DNA of 64,000 nt from contig NC_043004.1 in the NCBI RefSeq assembly GCF_006345805.1, positions 77,500,001 through 77,564,000 of the forward strand, read 5' to 3'. The notes under the pieces are model-generated. The model was not told the origin of the DNA. It ran no database searches and saw nothing but the letters and a program-made list of their open reading frames with translations. Both the position numbers and the translations under genes were made by a program. This stretch comes from Octopus sinensis. Its lineage: Eukaryota. Below are positions 47,601-61,100 of the stretch, one piece after another. Every line of letters starts with the position of its first letter. Within the stretch, counting starts at the first letter, position 1.

Positions 47601-50600
47601 AGCTAAAATTTCTCTAAACAAACGTTTAGCTATTTTTAAACTGGATATCAGTGAGTCCTAAATTTTAGTATTGTGTGGTTGAAGCTAATTGTGCAAAATC
47701 ATATGATCTTTATCTTTATATGTTACACTTTCTAATTATTTTGGCATACTACATTCATAAAGCAGTACTCCAAACATGCAGTGTATAGGTACAAAATGCA
47801 TGTATAAAATGACAAATATTTACTTGGCATGGTTGGCGTTAGGAAGGGCATCCAGCTGTAGAAACACTGCCAGATCAGACTGGAGCCTGGTGCAGCATCC
47901 TGGCTTCCCAGACCCTGGTCGAACCGTCCAACTCATGCTCGCATGGAAAGCGGACGTTAAACGATGATGATGATGATTAGTATGGTAAACAAGCTTTTGT
48001 TTCCCCAGAAGTATCCATCTGTGGGTTATCATTTAACAGCTATCTTTCATGTTGGCTTGTGTTGCATATTTCAGCAAGATCCAACAAGTCAGCAGGCTGC
48101 TGGGTGTCATCCACTTCACAAAATGCACTGAATGCTTTTTTTCTTCTTTTTCATGGCACCAACACTAATGAGCTTACCATGTACCTCAAAAGACTGAAGA
48201 GCTTCCTTGACTTAAGTTCTTTAGTTTGTTAGGAGAGAGAGAGAATGGGGGTAGCTTTATATTAGTATGAAAGAAGGGACAAGAATAGGTTTCTTGCTGT
48301 GCAGAGGACATACACGGCTACCTCACAATATACAATAGTGGGTAGGAGTAATCAGTGTGAAGCTGGAGAGATAAAGATAGTTGTGTGTCTGTATGCGTGA
48401 GTGTGTACTCTCAAAGTAAAAGAAGATGAATAGAAGAGGAAACAGAGCAGAAAGAGTGGGTGGGTAGAGGTGTGTAAAGAGTGAGAGGTGGAATTGGGGT
48501 GGGGAGTGAAGTTTGTAAATAATGAACAAAGATGGAGTGATGGTCCATGGTGAATATGAGTTGGAGGAAAGGTAGGGGTGAGGAAGTGATGGCTGTCAGC
48601 ATTTGTCCTTCCTATTGAAATCCCTATTTTGTTGGGAATATGTCTTGTACAGTGTGATGTTTCCAGTAATTACTGTGGTATAGTATGTAATTGATTGTAG
48701 TAGCTTAGAAAAATATTCATTTCTGTTTTTTTACACTTACATTAAATTTTCCATTGAAGAATGGGACACCGGTACATTTGTTTATAAGGAATTTCAGGGT
48801 TGAGTATGGAAATACTTTGTTTCTAATTAAAAACTGTACAGTCTCCTAGCAAATATTGTGAAACTGGCTTACAAACAAATAAAGAGGTAGGCACTTATAG
48901 ATTTGGTTTGTAGAGTTTGCTAAAAGTACAAGTGATGTACCAAAAACTAATGCAGAAGTGGACATAAGTTTTATTAACTGTTTTTCCTTCATTGGAGACA
49001 ATTAATTGGTTCCAAGCCAAACGAAGAGCCAAGCTTTGCTGACAAACTCCCATACAGTGGGAGACTGTCAACCTTGGCTATTGGCACAAATTACCAGCAA
49101 GTGGATATTTTGGTTTGTGTGAACAGACAAGTTACACTGAGTCTGCTACACAACTGAATTGTAGTCACAATGCATTATAGAAGATGGTGGAAGATTTTGG
49201 CTATTGGTAGTTGACACAAAGGAGAGTGGAAGCCTGCTCTGATTTGCTGGAAGGATTTCAAACTAACGAAGACTTTTTTTTTTTAATCTTCACAAATCTG
49301 GTGACGGAATATGTAACACATCTGTATCTTTATGATCTAAAAACAAAAGGGTTGTTGCATTGCTTGTGATGGAAACTATGCCCTTCGCTTAGGGGAAGAG
49401 TTACCCCACCAACATGTACAATTCAAACAGTATGTCATTTGATAAAGAAAAGACTTATACCCACTTTTGATCCAGCACTCATAACTAATCATTTTAAAGC
49501 CAATGTAGATAAAAAAATTTTTTAATTTTTCAGTAATTTGTTAATAAGATTATTTTATTTGCATTTTAATGTTGTTTATTATTGTTTTTAAACAGGACTT
49601 CACAGTTTGCTGTAAGTATTTTCTAATTTCTGCATTATCTTCTTTCTTTAATTTAGTTTTTAATCATAGTGAGCCATAGGTATTAACAGTTGATGAAATG
49701 TTTATTGTTGCAGAACTAACTTTTGTTCTTCATTTGCATGTGCACCGTTTTCCATTTATACATGTACAAAGTTCATGTACTACTCTTGTTAGTGGTCATA
49801 TATTCCTTCTGCAGTTTGCTAAGTCTTTATTAATACTAATATCAGTAGTGTTAACCCTTCCTTTATTGTATTACTAGTTTACAAGTCTTCTCGTTGATCC
49901 TATCAATGGAACTGCTTGTTCATGGAATTAACAGAAGACCCTGCTTATGGAATTAACATATGCAAGTGACTAAGCACTCCACATTCATGCATAAAATCAA
50001 ATTCGATGACTGGCGTCCGTGCTAGCAGGGTGAAAAGAGCACCATATGAGTGTGATCATTGACAGAGTGGCTAACTGGCGTCCATGCCAGTGGCACTTAA
50101 AAGGCACCATTCGAGCGTGATCGTTACCAGCGTCGCCTTAAAGAGCACCATCCAAGCGGGATCATTGCCAGAGCGGCTATCTGGCCTCCGTGCCAGTGGC
50201 GCTTAAAAGGCACCATTCAGGTGTGATCGTTACCAGCATCGCCTTACTGGCACCTGCGCCGGTGGCATGTGTAAAAGATTCGAGCGAGGTCGTTGCCAGT
50301 GCTGCCTGACTGGCCCTGTGCCGGTGGCACGTAAAAGCACCCACTACACTCTTGGAGTGGTTGGCATTAGGAAGGGCATCCAGCTGTAGAAACTCTGCCA
50401 AATCAAGATTGGAGGCTGGTGCAGCCATCTGGTTCACCAGCCCTCAGTCAAACCATCCAACCCATGCTAGCATGGAAAGTGTACGTTAAACGATGATGAT
50501 GATGATGTAGTTTTCAAGGAGATTCAGCCTGACAGAATGTGGCAAGACTGGCCCCTTTGAAATACAGGTACTATTCCTATTTTGCCAGCTGAATGAACTA

Positions 50601-53600
50601 AAGTAGTGAAATAAACCATGTTGTTGAAGGACACAATGCACCACCAGGGGTCAAACTCACAACCTTACAATCGTGAGCCAAATGCCCCAAGTGCTAAGCC
50701 ACATGCTTCACTACCAGTCATAGCAGTGGTTGTGTGGTAAGTAGCTTGCTTACCAACCACATGGTTCTGGGTTCAGTCTCACTGTGTGGCACCTTGGGCA
50801 AGTGTCTTCTACTATATCCTCGGGCTGACCAAAGCCTTGTGAGTGGATTTGGTAGATGGAAACTGAAAGAAGCCCGTCGTATATATGTGTTTGTGTGTCT
50901 GTGTTTGTCTCCCAAGCATTGCTTGACAACCGATGCTGGTGTGTTAACGTCCCCGTAACGGTTCGGCAAAAGACACCGATAGAATAAGTACTAGGCTTAC
51001 AAAGAATAAGTCCTGGGATCGATTTGCTCGACTAAAGGCGGTGCTCCAGCATGGCCACAGTCAAATGACTGAAACAAGTAAAAGAGTAAATCAAAATATT
51101 GATGTAAAACTCGTTACTGATTTAGTAATAACACAAATTCAATAAACAATTGCTATGCCCCCTTTTTTTTTGGGGGGGGGGTTTGCCTTGATAACATTTT
51201 AAATCTTATAAGCTTCAGATTTAGTAATAGTAACTCAAAATTTAAATGTTTTGGCAGCAGCAGTAAATAAGATATGCATCAAGTATGGCATGTGGTGCAC
51301 TTAGAACTGGATGTTTCAATTTAGAAAGGCATAAGCAATTGTCAAGGCATCAGTGTAGAAAGTAATGCTTTTCAGAAAGATGATCATGGAGTGAATATTT
51401 TTCTCCAAATTTCTTTTTCAAATTATCTGAAGAAACAGTACCTAATGAAACTTCCTCACTGATCACTCCTTTTGTTTACTCAAATTTATATGTTCCTTAA
51501 AATAATGTCAGGAACTAATCGCTATGTAAAATGTAAACAAGGGAAAAGTAACAGGGTGAACAAAATGATATTTTTATTTGTTTAAGTAACTTTTATATTT
51601 CAAAATTTACCTGTACATCATCATCATCATCATCATCATTTAACGTCCGCTTTCCATGCTTACAATTCAAGTAGTTATGAGACAAAAAAAAATGTGAATT
51701 TAAACATGTGAATTTAATCTATAGAATGTGAATTTAAACACATAGAAATATAGTAAAGAAAGGGTTAAACCAAATGATGAATGTTATTGTATATCATACC
51801 ATATACCTGCTAACCATCTGTTTAGAAGAGATGGAACTTTTTGTCTTCGTATTTCAGCTAAACATTTTGTGGTATTCAAATTTACTATGATTCAAATTTA
51901 TCTACTTTATATCAATAATGTGTTGTTATTCAGCCTTGAAGTCTGCCTTGATCAAGCAGATCTATGATTAAAGGTGACTAGCTTGTCTTTTTGTATATTA
52001 GACTACTTTGCTCAAGGCAAATGACTGAGTGTCTCTCTGCAGGCTCTATTTTCTCCATGTCAGCTTACAACATTAGACATTAAAGCTACCACATTACTTG
52101 AAAAAAGTTCTCTAAATTTACAAATGATTTGTTTTTTTTTTAAATTCCCATGTCTAGTTTGAACTCCAGTTATTCCTTGGCCAACAGGAGCTTTAATCGA
52201 AATAATTACAGCTTGAGCAAGGTAAGATATAGTCCATGCTATTGCCATAGAGTAGCAACTTGCTTTGTTGATTTACTTATATGGCAATCTCTAAAGTTTT
52301 TATTTTGAATACCATTGTCTTTTGTCTTCCATGTGTTGATCATTTAATTATGGCATTATCTGTTGCAACTTAGAATACACTTTGAAAAAAAAAACAAAAA
52401 AGGAAAATGTTGTTTTCTAAGCATTTTTTTAAGAGCCAAGTTTGTTAGAATTACCTACAAAAGTAAAGCAATGTTAGTAATACGAGGCCTAATCAAAAGA
52501 TGCCAGGACTTGTGCTATCAAAAGAAATCTGCAACACACATCAATTTGGCATTTAATCTCCCTAGAAGTAGTCACCTTCTGAAGCATCATTGGGATAGCA
52601 GGCAGCAGCCTCATTATCATTTTCTTGGATTTCCTCAATGCCTTGAAACTTAGGATAATAGCCAGGGACCCAAGATTCATCACCTGTTATGACTGTTTTC
52701 AAAAAGATTTCATTTTCCTTGCACAATCAAGGAGAACTGAAATTCAATCTTCTTTTTGAGACAACCATACTCTGCACATTTAACTTCCAAGCTCTACCAT
52801 TAAGTTTATAAGCCCAAATATTCACTCTATAATTGCCCACAGATATATAGTGTAATGGTTAAGAGCGCAGGCTACTAACCCCAAGATTGTGAGTTCAATT
52901 CTAGGCAGTGCCTTGAATAAATATTAATAATAATAATAATATCAGCACAAAAATACTTTAGGAATGTTTAGGTTGGGTTCAGAATTCCTCCAGGACACCT
53001 GATGAAGGCTGGAGAGGAAATCGGCCAAAACGTTGTGGTAACAACAAACAAGACGAGGACGCATATCCGTCAAATGTAAATAATGTACAAAATTCCTCAT
53101 CTCAAAAATGTAGAACAGTACAGTCTTTACTATGTTGAGTATATACATTCTTCAGGAAATATTCACAGGGGTTCTAATTGTATGTTATCCATATTAATGG
53201 TGGAGGATAAAATAATGTTTTCTTGTGTACAGCAATTGTCATGTTGCTAAAATAGGTTGAGATCTTGGATGAATTCAAGGACAAAACTGAACCCTGGGAT
53301 TGATCAGAGAGTGATCCATGAACATGATGGATCATTGATTTCCTGTCAGATTACACTATGGAAAATAGGTGGAGCAGCCCTTCAGCAGACTAATTTGACA
53401 CAAGGTTCATGTACTATGCAATCAAATTATTTACTAATATTGGCATGTGAAATATTCAAGCGAGGTCGTCGCCAGTGCTGCTGGACTGGCTCCTGTGAAG
53501 GTAGCACGTAAAAAGCACCATTTGGGCGTGGCCGTTGCCAGTACCACCCCAGTGGCATGTAAAAGCACCCACTACACTCTCGGAGTGGTTGGCATTAGGA

Positions 53601-56600
53601 AGGGTATCCAGCTGTAGAAACTCTGCCAGATCAGATTGGAGTCTGGTTCACCAGACCTCGGTCAAATCGTCCGACCCATGCTACCATGGAAAGCAGACGT
53701 TAAATGATGATGATGATGATGATAATTGAAGTCAATGACAAAGAAAAGTAGGTCTCATTGAAGTAACCGAATGTAAATCATGTATTTAAGATACCAGCAG
53801 CTGGCCAGTTAACCTTTCAAACAGCACAACAAAATAACAAGATTGGGTGAAAAGCTGATTAGTAAATAGTGTTTACCCTCTTCAGTATCCATCTGATGTA
53901 TCACTGTTTCTTAGATGTCATATTTGATATATATTGATGATTATTTATCCTCAGTTTTCCTGGATGCAAATAAATTTAATATCCAATTTTTGTTTCAGTA
54001 TGTACAAAATGGCACATTTACAGGTTCTGCTCAGAAGAATAATACTCACTCTCGACTTAAAATTTTATCAAATTTTGGTAACTTCAAATCTTTTCTTAAG
54101 AAAACTGCAACTCCAATTAAAGCCGTAACTTCACAGGTAATTTTACTGCTTCTCTCTCTCTTGCTCAGCACACACATACATATAAAATATATGTCTATAT
54201 ACACACACTGAAAAGTGAAGCTTCAAACATTTCCATTATTTACATTTACACATTTTTTTATCAGTTTGATCCTTGTCTTTCTCCTGTACATATCCGGAAA
54301 TCAGAACTATTGAAATGGTATAGAAACTCCTAAACTTTATAATGGCAATTCTTTAGAAGCATCATATTTTAAAACCATATGAAATGTCACTGGAGATAAC
54401 AACTTCCATTTCACTGAATTTATTATCACAGTTGGCTGATGCCAACACCACCTTGACTGGCTTCCATGTCGGTGGCACGTAAAAAGCACCATCCGTACGT
54501 GGTTGATGCCAGCACCACCTTGACTGGCTTCTGTGCCGGTGGCACGTAAAAACCACCAACCGATCATGGCCGTTACCAGCCTCCCCTGGCACGTAAAAAC
54601 CACCAACCGTACGTGGTTGATGCCAGTGCCACCTTGACTGGCTTCCGTGCTGGTGGCACGTAAAAAGCACCAACCAATTGTGGCCGTTACCAGCCTCCCC
54701 TGGCACGTAAAAACCACCATCCGTACGTGGTTGATGCCAGTGCCACCTTGACTGGCTTCCGTGCTGGTGGCACGTAAAAAGCACCAACCAATTGTGGCCG
54801 TTACCAGCCTCCCCTGGCACGTAAAAACCACCATCCGTACGTGGTTGATGCCAGCACCACCTTGACTGGCTTCCGTGCTGGTGGCACGTAAAAAGCACCA
54901 ACCAATTGTGGCCGTTACCAGCCTCCCCTGGCACGTAAAAACCACCAACCGTACGTGGTTGATGCCAGTGCCACCTTGACTGGCTTCCGTGCTGGTGGCA
55001 CGTAAAAAGCACCAACCAATTGTGGCCGTTACCAGCCTCCCCTGGCACGTAAAAACCACCATCCGTACATGGTTGATGCCAGTGTCACCTTGATTGGCTT
55101 CCATGCTGGTGGCACGTAAAAAGCACCAACTGATTGTGGCCGTTGCCAGCCTCCCCTGGCACGTAAAAAGCACCCACTACACTCACAGAGTGGTTGGCAT
55201 TAGGAAGGGTATCCAGCTGTAGAAACACTGCCAGATCAGACTGGAGCCTGGCGCAGCCTCCTGGCTTCTCAGACCCCGGTCGTACCATCCAACCCATGCT
55301 CGCATGGAAAACGGATGTTAAACAATGATGATGATTATTTTATGATTTTACTGATTCCAGAAATCCTCGTGGATGAAGTTGCTACAGAACTTTCAGTGAA
55401 CAATACAGTCAATAATTTGTTTCTTTATTACTGTATTAGTTGTGTGTCTTGCTATGCAGCTTGGAGCTTGGTGCAGCCATCTGATTCACCAGTCCTCAGT
55501 CAAAATCGTCCAACCCATGCCAGCATTGAAAGCAGACGTTAAACGATGATGATGACGAGCTTACTTTAATGTCTAAAAGTGTGAAGACTAAATCTGAGTA
55601 AAATAATAAAAAAAACTGTAAAGACAGAAGAAATAGGAAGGTCATGCTGTATAAAATTAGTAAAGACTAATAAAAAATATAAAAATTGTTATGTAAAAAA
55701 CTGTTGACAACTAACCATTCAATTTTGGAACGACCTCGTTTAATGCTTAACGATTCAAGACAAAAGAGTGTGTGTGTTTGTTGATTGCCCAAGTTGTTGA
55801 CAACTAGTTATTAAACTTGTTTGATGGTTAAGGATTTAAGGGGAAAAGAGAGGGACAGAGTGAGAGACTGTCGATTGCCTTGGATAAAACCTCAAAGTGA
55901 TTTTGACTGCGATAACTTCTTTTTTGTATATGTATAATAAATTCATAATATGCACTATTATGTTTTGATTGGTAAAGCCTGCCTTGTCATAGGAGAAATC
56001 AATAAAACTAGCAGTGATTTATGAGTGCTGTGCAACATTTAGAGTTGTTTATATTCTGCACTTTGCACCCACTTGCGTTTTTTTTCATTCCTTTTTTGTT
56101 GTGACCCATTTTATTTATCTTGAAACCCACAGATGGGTCAGGACCCACAGTTTGAAAAATGCTGTGCTAATGTATCTGATGTATTTTACCTTGTTGAATT
56201 AGACTTGTTTATTAATTGTATCCCTTTTCTCTAGGAAATAATTGAACTAAAAAAGCGTGAATTAGAAAACAAGGAGCGTAAAGAGAAAGAGAGGATGATG
56301 AAGCGAGAAGAAATTCAGCGGCTCAAGTTGGATGAACAGAAAAGGTGGGCAGAATTGAAGTTGAATATAATGCAATTGATATAGTTGTAGCTATGTGTCT
56401 AGTTTTAGAAGTGACATAAAGCGCATTTAAGGAGAAAACTAACCAAACAGCAGTGTTAAACTCTGGATTGTTATTGTATAGTTGGGCAATGAATAAAGAT
56501 GTTTATATAAGTAGTTTTAACACATCTCTCTATATATATAAATGGCAAAACATCTGTCTGTGTGTGTGTGTGTGTCCTTTATACAAATCCACAATTTTTC

Positions 56601-58082
56601 AGTTAGAGGGCTCACACTTTCTATGGTCATTTAAAACCGTCCAAGGGTGGTCATGCACATCTTTAAATTTCCGCAGTCACCCTGCAAAGCCATTAAAAAA
56701 TCAATAGAAGTGACGTTTTTGTGAATTTTTTATCCTAAACCCAATCAAAATGCCCAAAACTTGATATGCCAGCTAGCTGTATGTGATTGGTCGGAGATTT
56801 GGACAGTACTCGCGTGTATGTGTGCACGCACGCAGCTGTATATGCATGCACTAGCACTATGACCCAGCGTTGCCAGGTCATAGTGCTAGTCTATATTAAA
56901 ACCATAAGTGAAAGACCATTATTGGAGCAGTATCCCAAAACATCAGTTGATGTCTCCTTCAAAAGCCAGATGATAAACTATGAAAGATATGTTTTGTGTT
57001 AGCTTTTCTGAAGTTGGGATGTATTCAACATAAAATGTAAAGAACATTTGTTACTTCCTTAGTATTTGGAGCTTTTACATCCTTAGAGGAGTTTAAAACG
57101 AGTGTTTTATTGGTAACATTGCTTGCTACACTGAGTCTTATTGGTAACCATAATGTACTTTGTATTCTAGAAAACGAGAGGAGCGCATGCGAAAGGTTGC
57201 TGAAACTCGTGAAATAAAAATGATTCAAGAACAAGTTCAGAAGGACAAGAAGACCAAAAGACTTGAAGAAAAATTCAATACCACTGATCGTATACGAGAG
57301 GAAAAATTGCGAGAAGATAGAGAAAAAGTGCGGCTTAGGTAAACTCATTTTTCTATTACATACCCATATTTTCAAATGTAGTCTTTTTTGTTTATCCCCA
57401 AATTTCTCATGAAATTTCTACACAAATTTCTTAAATTCATTTTTCCATGTAAGCATCTATCATGATTCACCATTTTATAAATATATATATATATATATAT
57501 GTATATTCATTCTAGTGATTGCCTGTATGATTATCTATCCTTTCTGCTACCGAATGTTTTGCTGCAAATATTTTTAATTATCATGTATCTTACAATAATC
57601 AGTCCTTTCATGCCCATTATAAGAAAATGGAGAAACAATTTAGTTGGTTCATCAGCTTTAGGATATTAGAATGTTGACTTATTTATTTATCAAAACGATA
57701 ACCATAATAACATACATATATACATTATAAAATAAGAATACATATAAAATAAGAATACAATTAAAAAAAACCTTAATATAAATTATTAAAATCACTTACA
57801 GCTGTTTCAGCCTTTGGATAAAGTAATTTGTTGTGCTCATACATGTCAATTTTATTGAGGTTGTAGGCAGTTAAAAATGAGGTACTTATATATATCCATA
57901 GGCCTCGTCAGAGACTATAAAGTACATTCACAATATAAATATATACATGAAACAAGATACACGTACAATTCAATATATATATATATATATATATAAATAT
58001 ATATCTATTTATACATATACATACATAAGCAAATATATACACCTATACTTGTACTTAAACATATGTACAAGCATATAGACAA

Positions 58083-58123
<41 letters not shown>

Positions 58124-61100
58124 GTGGAGCACACATAGACATCCATGTCCATGAGATATGCTGTGACAGTGAAGACCTGACAAATGAAGTGAGTTCATGG
58201 CTCGCAGGACGGCCTGCTATGCTAACCTTGGATCGTTGAGTGACCCGCTGTTCTTGAGGAGACGTATTGAGTCAAGTACGTCAACATCAAAATAAAAATC
58301 AAACGGAAATTGTAGTTAAGACACCCGTGCTGGTGACACATAAAAAGCACCCACTACACTCACGGAGTGGTTGGCGTTAGGAAGGGCATCCAGCTGTAGA
58401 AACACTGCCAAGTCAGACTAGAGCCTGGTGCACCCTCCATAGCTTACCAGACCCCCGTCGAACCGTCGGACCCATGCTAGCATGGAAAGCGGACGTTAAA
58501 TGATGATGATACATTGTTGTTTTATTAATCGATATTTAGTTTGTTAGTGGCATATCTTTTTATTGATGGTTTAAATGAATATCTACTATTTATAGGTTAA
58601 AGAAACAGCAAGAAGCTGAGGAAAGAAGAAAAATAGAAGAGAAAGAAAGAAATCGGAAAAGGAAAGAGCAAGTGAGTATGCAGGGCTTTTCTTTTCTTTT
58701 TTCAGGGATGGACTAAAGGTTCATCTACATTTGAAATAATGCAGTTTATTATGGAATTAAGTCTATGAAACAATACTTGGAGTAGAAATAGATTGTTTAT
58801 ATACCAGGGTTAAGACAGTAAGGAAGTAAATAGTTGGAAGGCGGTGAGCTGGCAGAACCGTTAGCACGCTGGGCGAAATGCTTAGCGGTGTTTCGTCTAC
58901 CATTATGTTCTGAGTTCAAATTCCACCGAGGTCAATTTTGCCTTTCATCCTTTCGGGGTCGATTAAATAAGTACCAGTTATGCACTGCGATCGATGTAAT
59001 CGACTTAATCCGTTCGTCTGTCCTTGTTTGTCCCCTCTGTGTTTAGCCCTTGTGTAAAGAAACAAGAAAGTAAATAGTTATCTGATAGACATTGACAAAT
59101 GTGTATAGAATTCGGTTGATAGCTATAAGCTAGAATATAAATAGGGCAGAGGTTGACCAAACAAGAATCTAAAATTTTATAAATGAAATGTGCTAGAATA
59201 CCAATTTATGATGATGAAAATTATTATTTTAACAATTACTGTTAGAGATGCCAAAATTAGGAATATTCGTATAGATATTTACTTCAGTTTAAACTCCTTT
59301 TATCTGATCATTTCTGCCAACATTTTATACCATTTTCATGAACATGTTGGCTCTTACTTATCTAATACATATTATTCTTGAAAAATTTCTATTAAAATTA
59401 TATATTGATGATAAAATTCACTTTTATTTCTGCATCTGAAGTTATAATTTGTAATAAATGAATAATAGTAAAATAATTGTTCCTAAAATTTAGGCAGCAA
59501 TTTTGAGGGGAGGGGTTAGTTGATACTATCAGCATTATACATGTCCGGCAAATAATTCTGTCAAGCCTGAAGGCATGAAAAGCAAAATTGGTTTTGGCAA
59601 TATTTGAACTCAGGAATTTAAGAGCTGGAAGAAATACCACAAGGCGTTTTTTACCTATGCTCTAACAATTCCGTTAATCCACCACCTTTTATAATGTTAC
59701 TGATTTTCTCTGGTTCCATTTGGGTTTTTGCTGAAGCATAATTTTTGAACTTTTCCCAAAGTTAAAAATTTAATTGTTTTCAAACCAGGAAGAAGAACAA
59801 CTGCGACAGCAATCCATTCTCCAGAGGAAGAAGGAATTTGAAGAGCAAGAGAGGTTGAAAAAGGCTGCTGAAGAGAAACGCAAGATTGAAGAACAAAGGG
59901 AAAGGAAGCTGGAGGCTGAAAAAGATAAGCTCATTGATTTGGAGAAACGAAAACGGTTTGAGGAAGAACGAGAAAAAGAAAGACTTCGCTTCAAAGCAGA
60001 AAGGTTTCACATCATATTTATTGATTCCTTTACTATTTGGTCACATTACATCATATTTATTTATTTCTGAATATCTATTTTCCCGTACTGATATTACTTC
60101 ACAATAAGTAATATGTTGTCTTCTACTGGATTTTAGTTTCCAAAATCCCTAATTAGTTCAGTCAACATTTTTCTTAGATTACCATCAACTGTTAATATGG
60201 GGACAGTTTTCACTCACCATGTTTTTATTTGATGACTTTCTTTGCTCCCAACACCAGAGCTGAAGACACCTCCGAAAGGTGGGGGGGCGCCACGTCAAAA
60301 TGATAGAGGAGTAGGGGCCGAAAACCGGACGTGGTTCCTCCTGATGATGTCTTGAGCTAACTGGATCCTATAAAGGAGCTGTTGTGGTTGCAGACCACAA
60401 AACACGGTTGTAATTCCCCTAGGGACAGTTTTCACTCAGCATGTTTTTATTTGATGACTTTCTTTGCTCACCTGTAATCACTTTATTTTCACACCTGTTG
60501 AGTTAAACATGGTTCATTCTCTAGATACTGTGTATCTTCTGATGCCACTGCCCAGCCTCACTTTTATGAAACATTACACTTCCAACAGGCATCTGTCATT
60601 CTATGCAGAAAGACTAAAAATTTACTAGATGGATGGAAGTTATGAGTGCATGGATGATTAGGAAATAGACATACCGAAAATTAGTTATGAATTCATAAAT
60701 CATCATCATCATCATCATTGTTTAATGTCTGCTTTCCATGCTAGCATGGGTTGGACGGTTCGACTGGGGTCTGGCAAGCCAGGAGGCTGCACCAGGCATA
60801 GTCTGATCTGGCAGTGTTTCTACAGCTGGATGCCCTTCCTAACGCCCTTGGCGTTAGGAAGGTGCCAGGATGTGAGAAGTTAAAAATAATTCAATTAAAT
60901 AAACTTATGCTCTTTATATATCCAGATTGACAAGTGTAACATTTCATAAACAGGACATTCATTAAAGAAGTTCAAAGATCAGCAAAAAATTGGCAAAATA
61001 GTGTAGACCAATGTCCACAATAATCCATTCCCCAGTAATCCCTTTGGATATAATTACACCGATTTGTTTATGCATTTGTAGTTGATTGTGTTTGAAATTG

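Noticed and set aside
54437-55170. CRISPR-like look: a constant ~17-nt motif separated by spacers
   Set aside because: The spacers themselves repeat in a fixed alternation, the context is a eukaryotic intron, there are no cas genes, and the array ends in a LINE tail.
54337-55173. 278-aa and 228-aa minus-strand ORFs
   Set aside because: They are open only because a stop-free 114-nt unit is a multiple of 3; no protein family similarity.
59770-60010. Minus-strand F/S/L-rich ORFs
   Set aside because: Antisense shadows of the E/K/R-rich INCENP exon.
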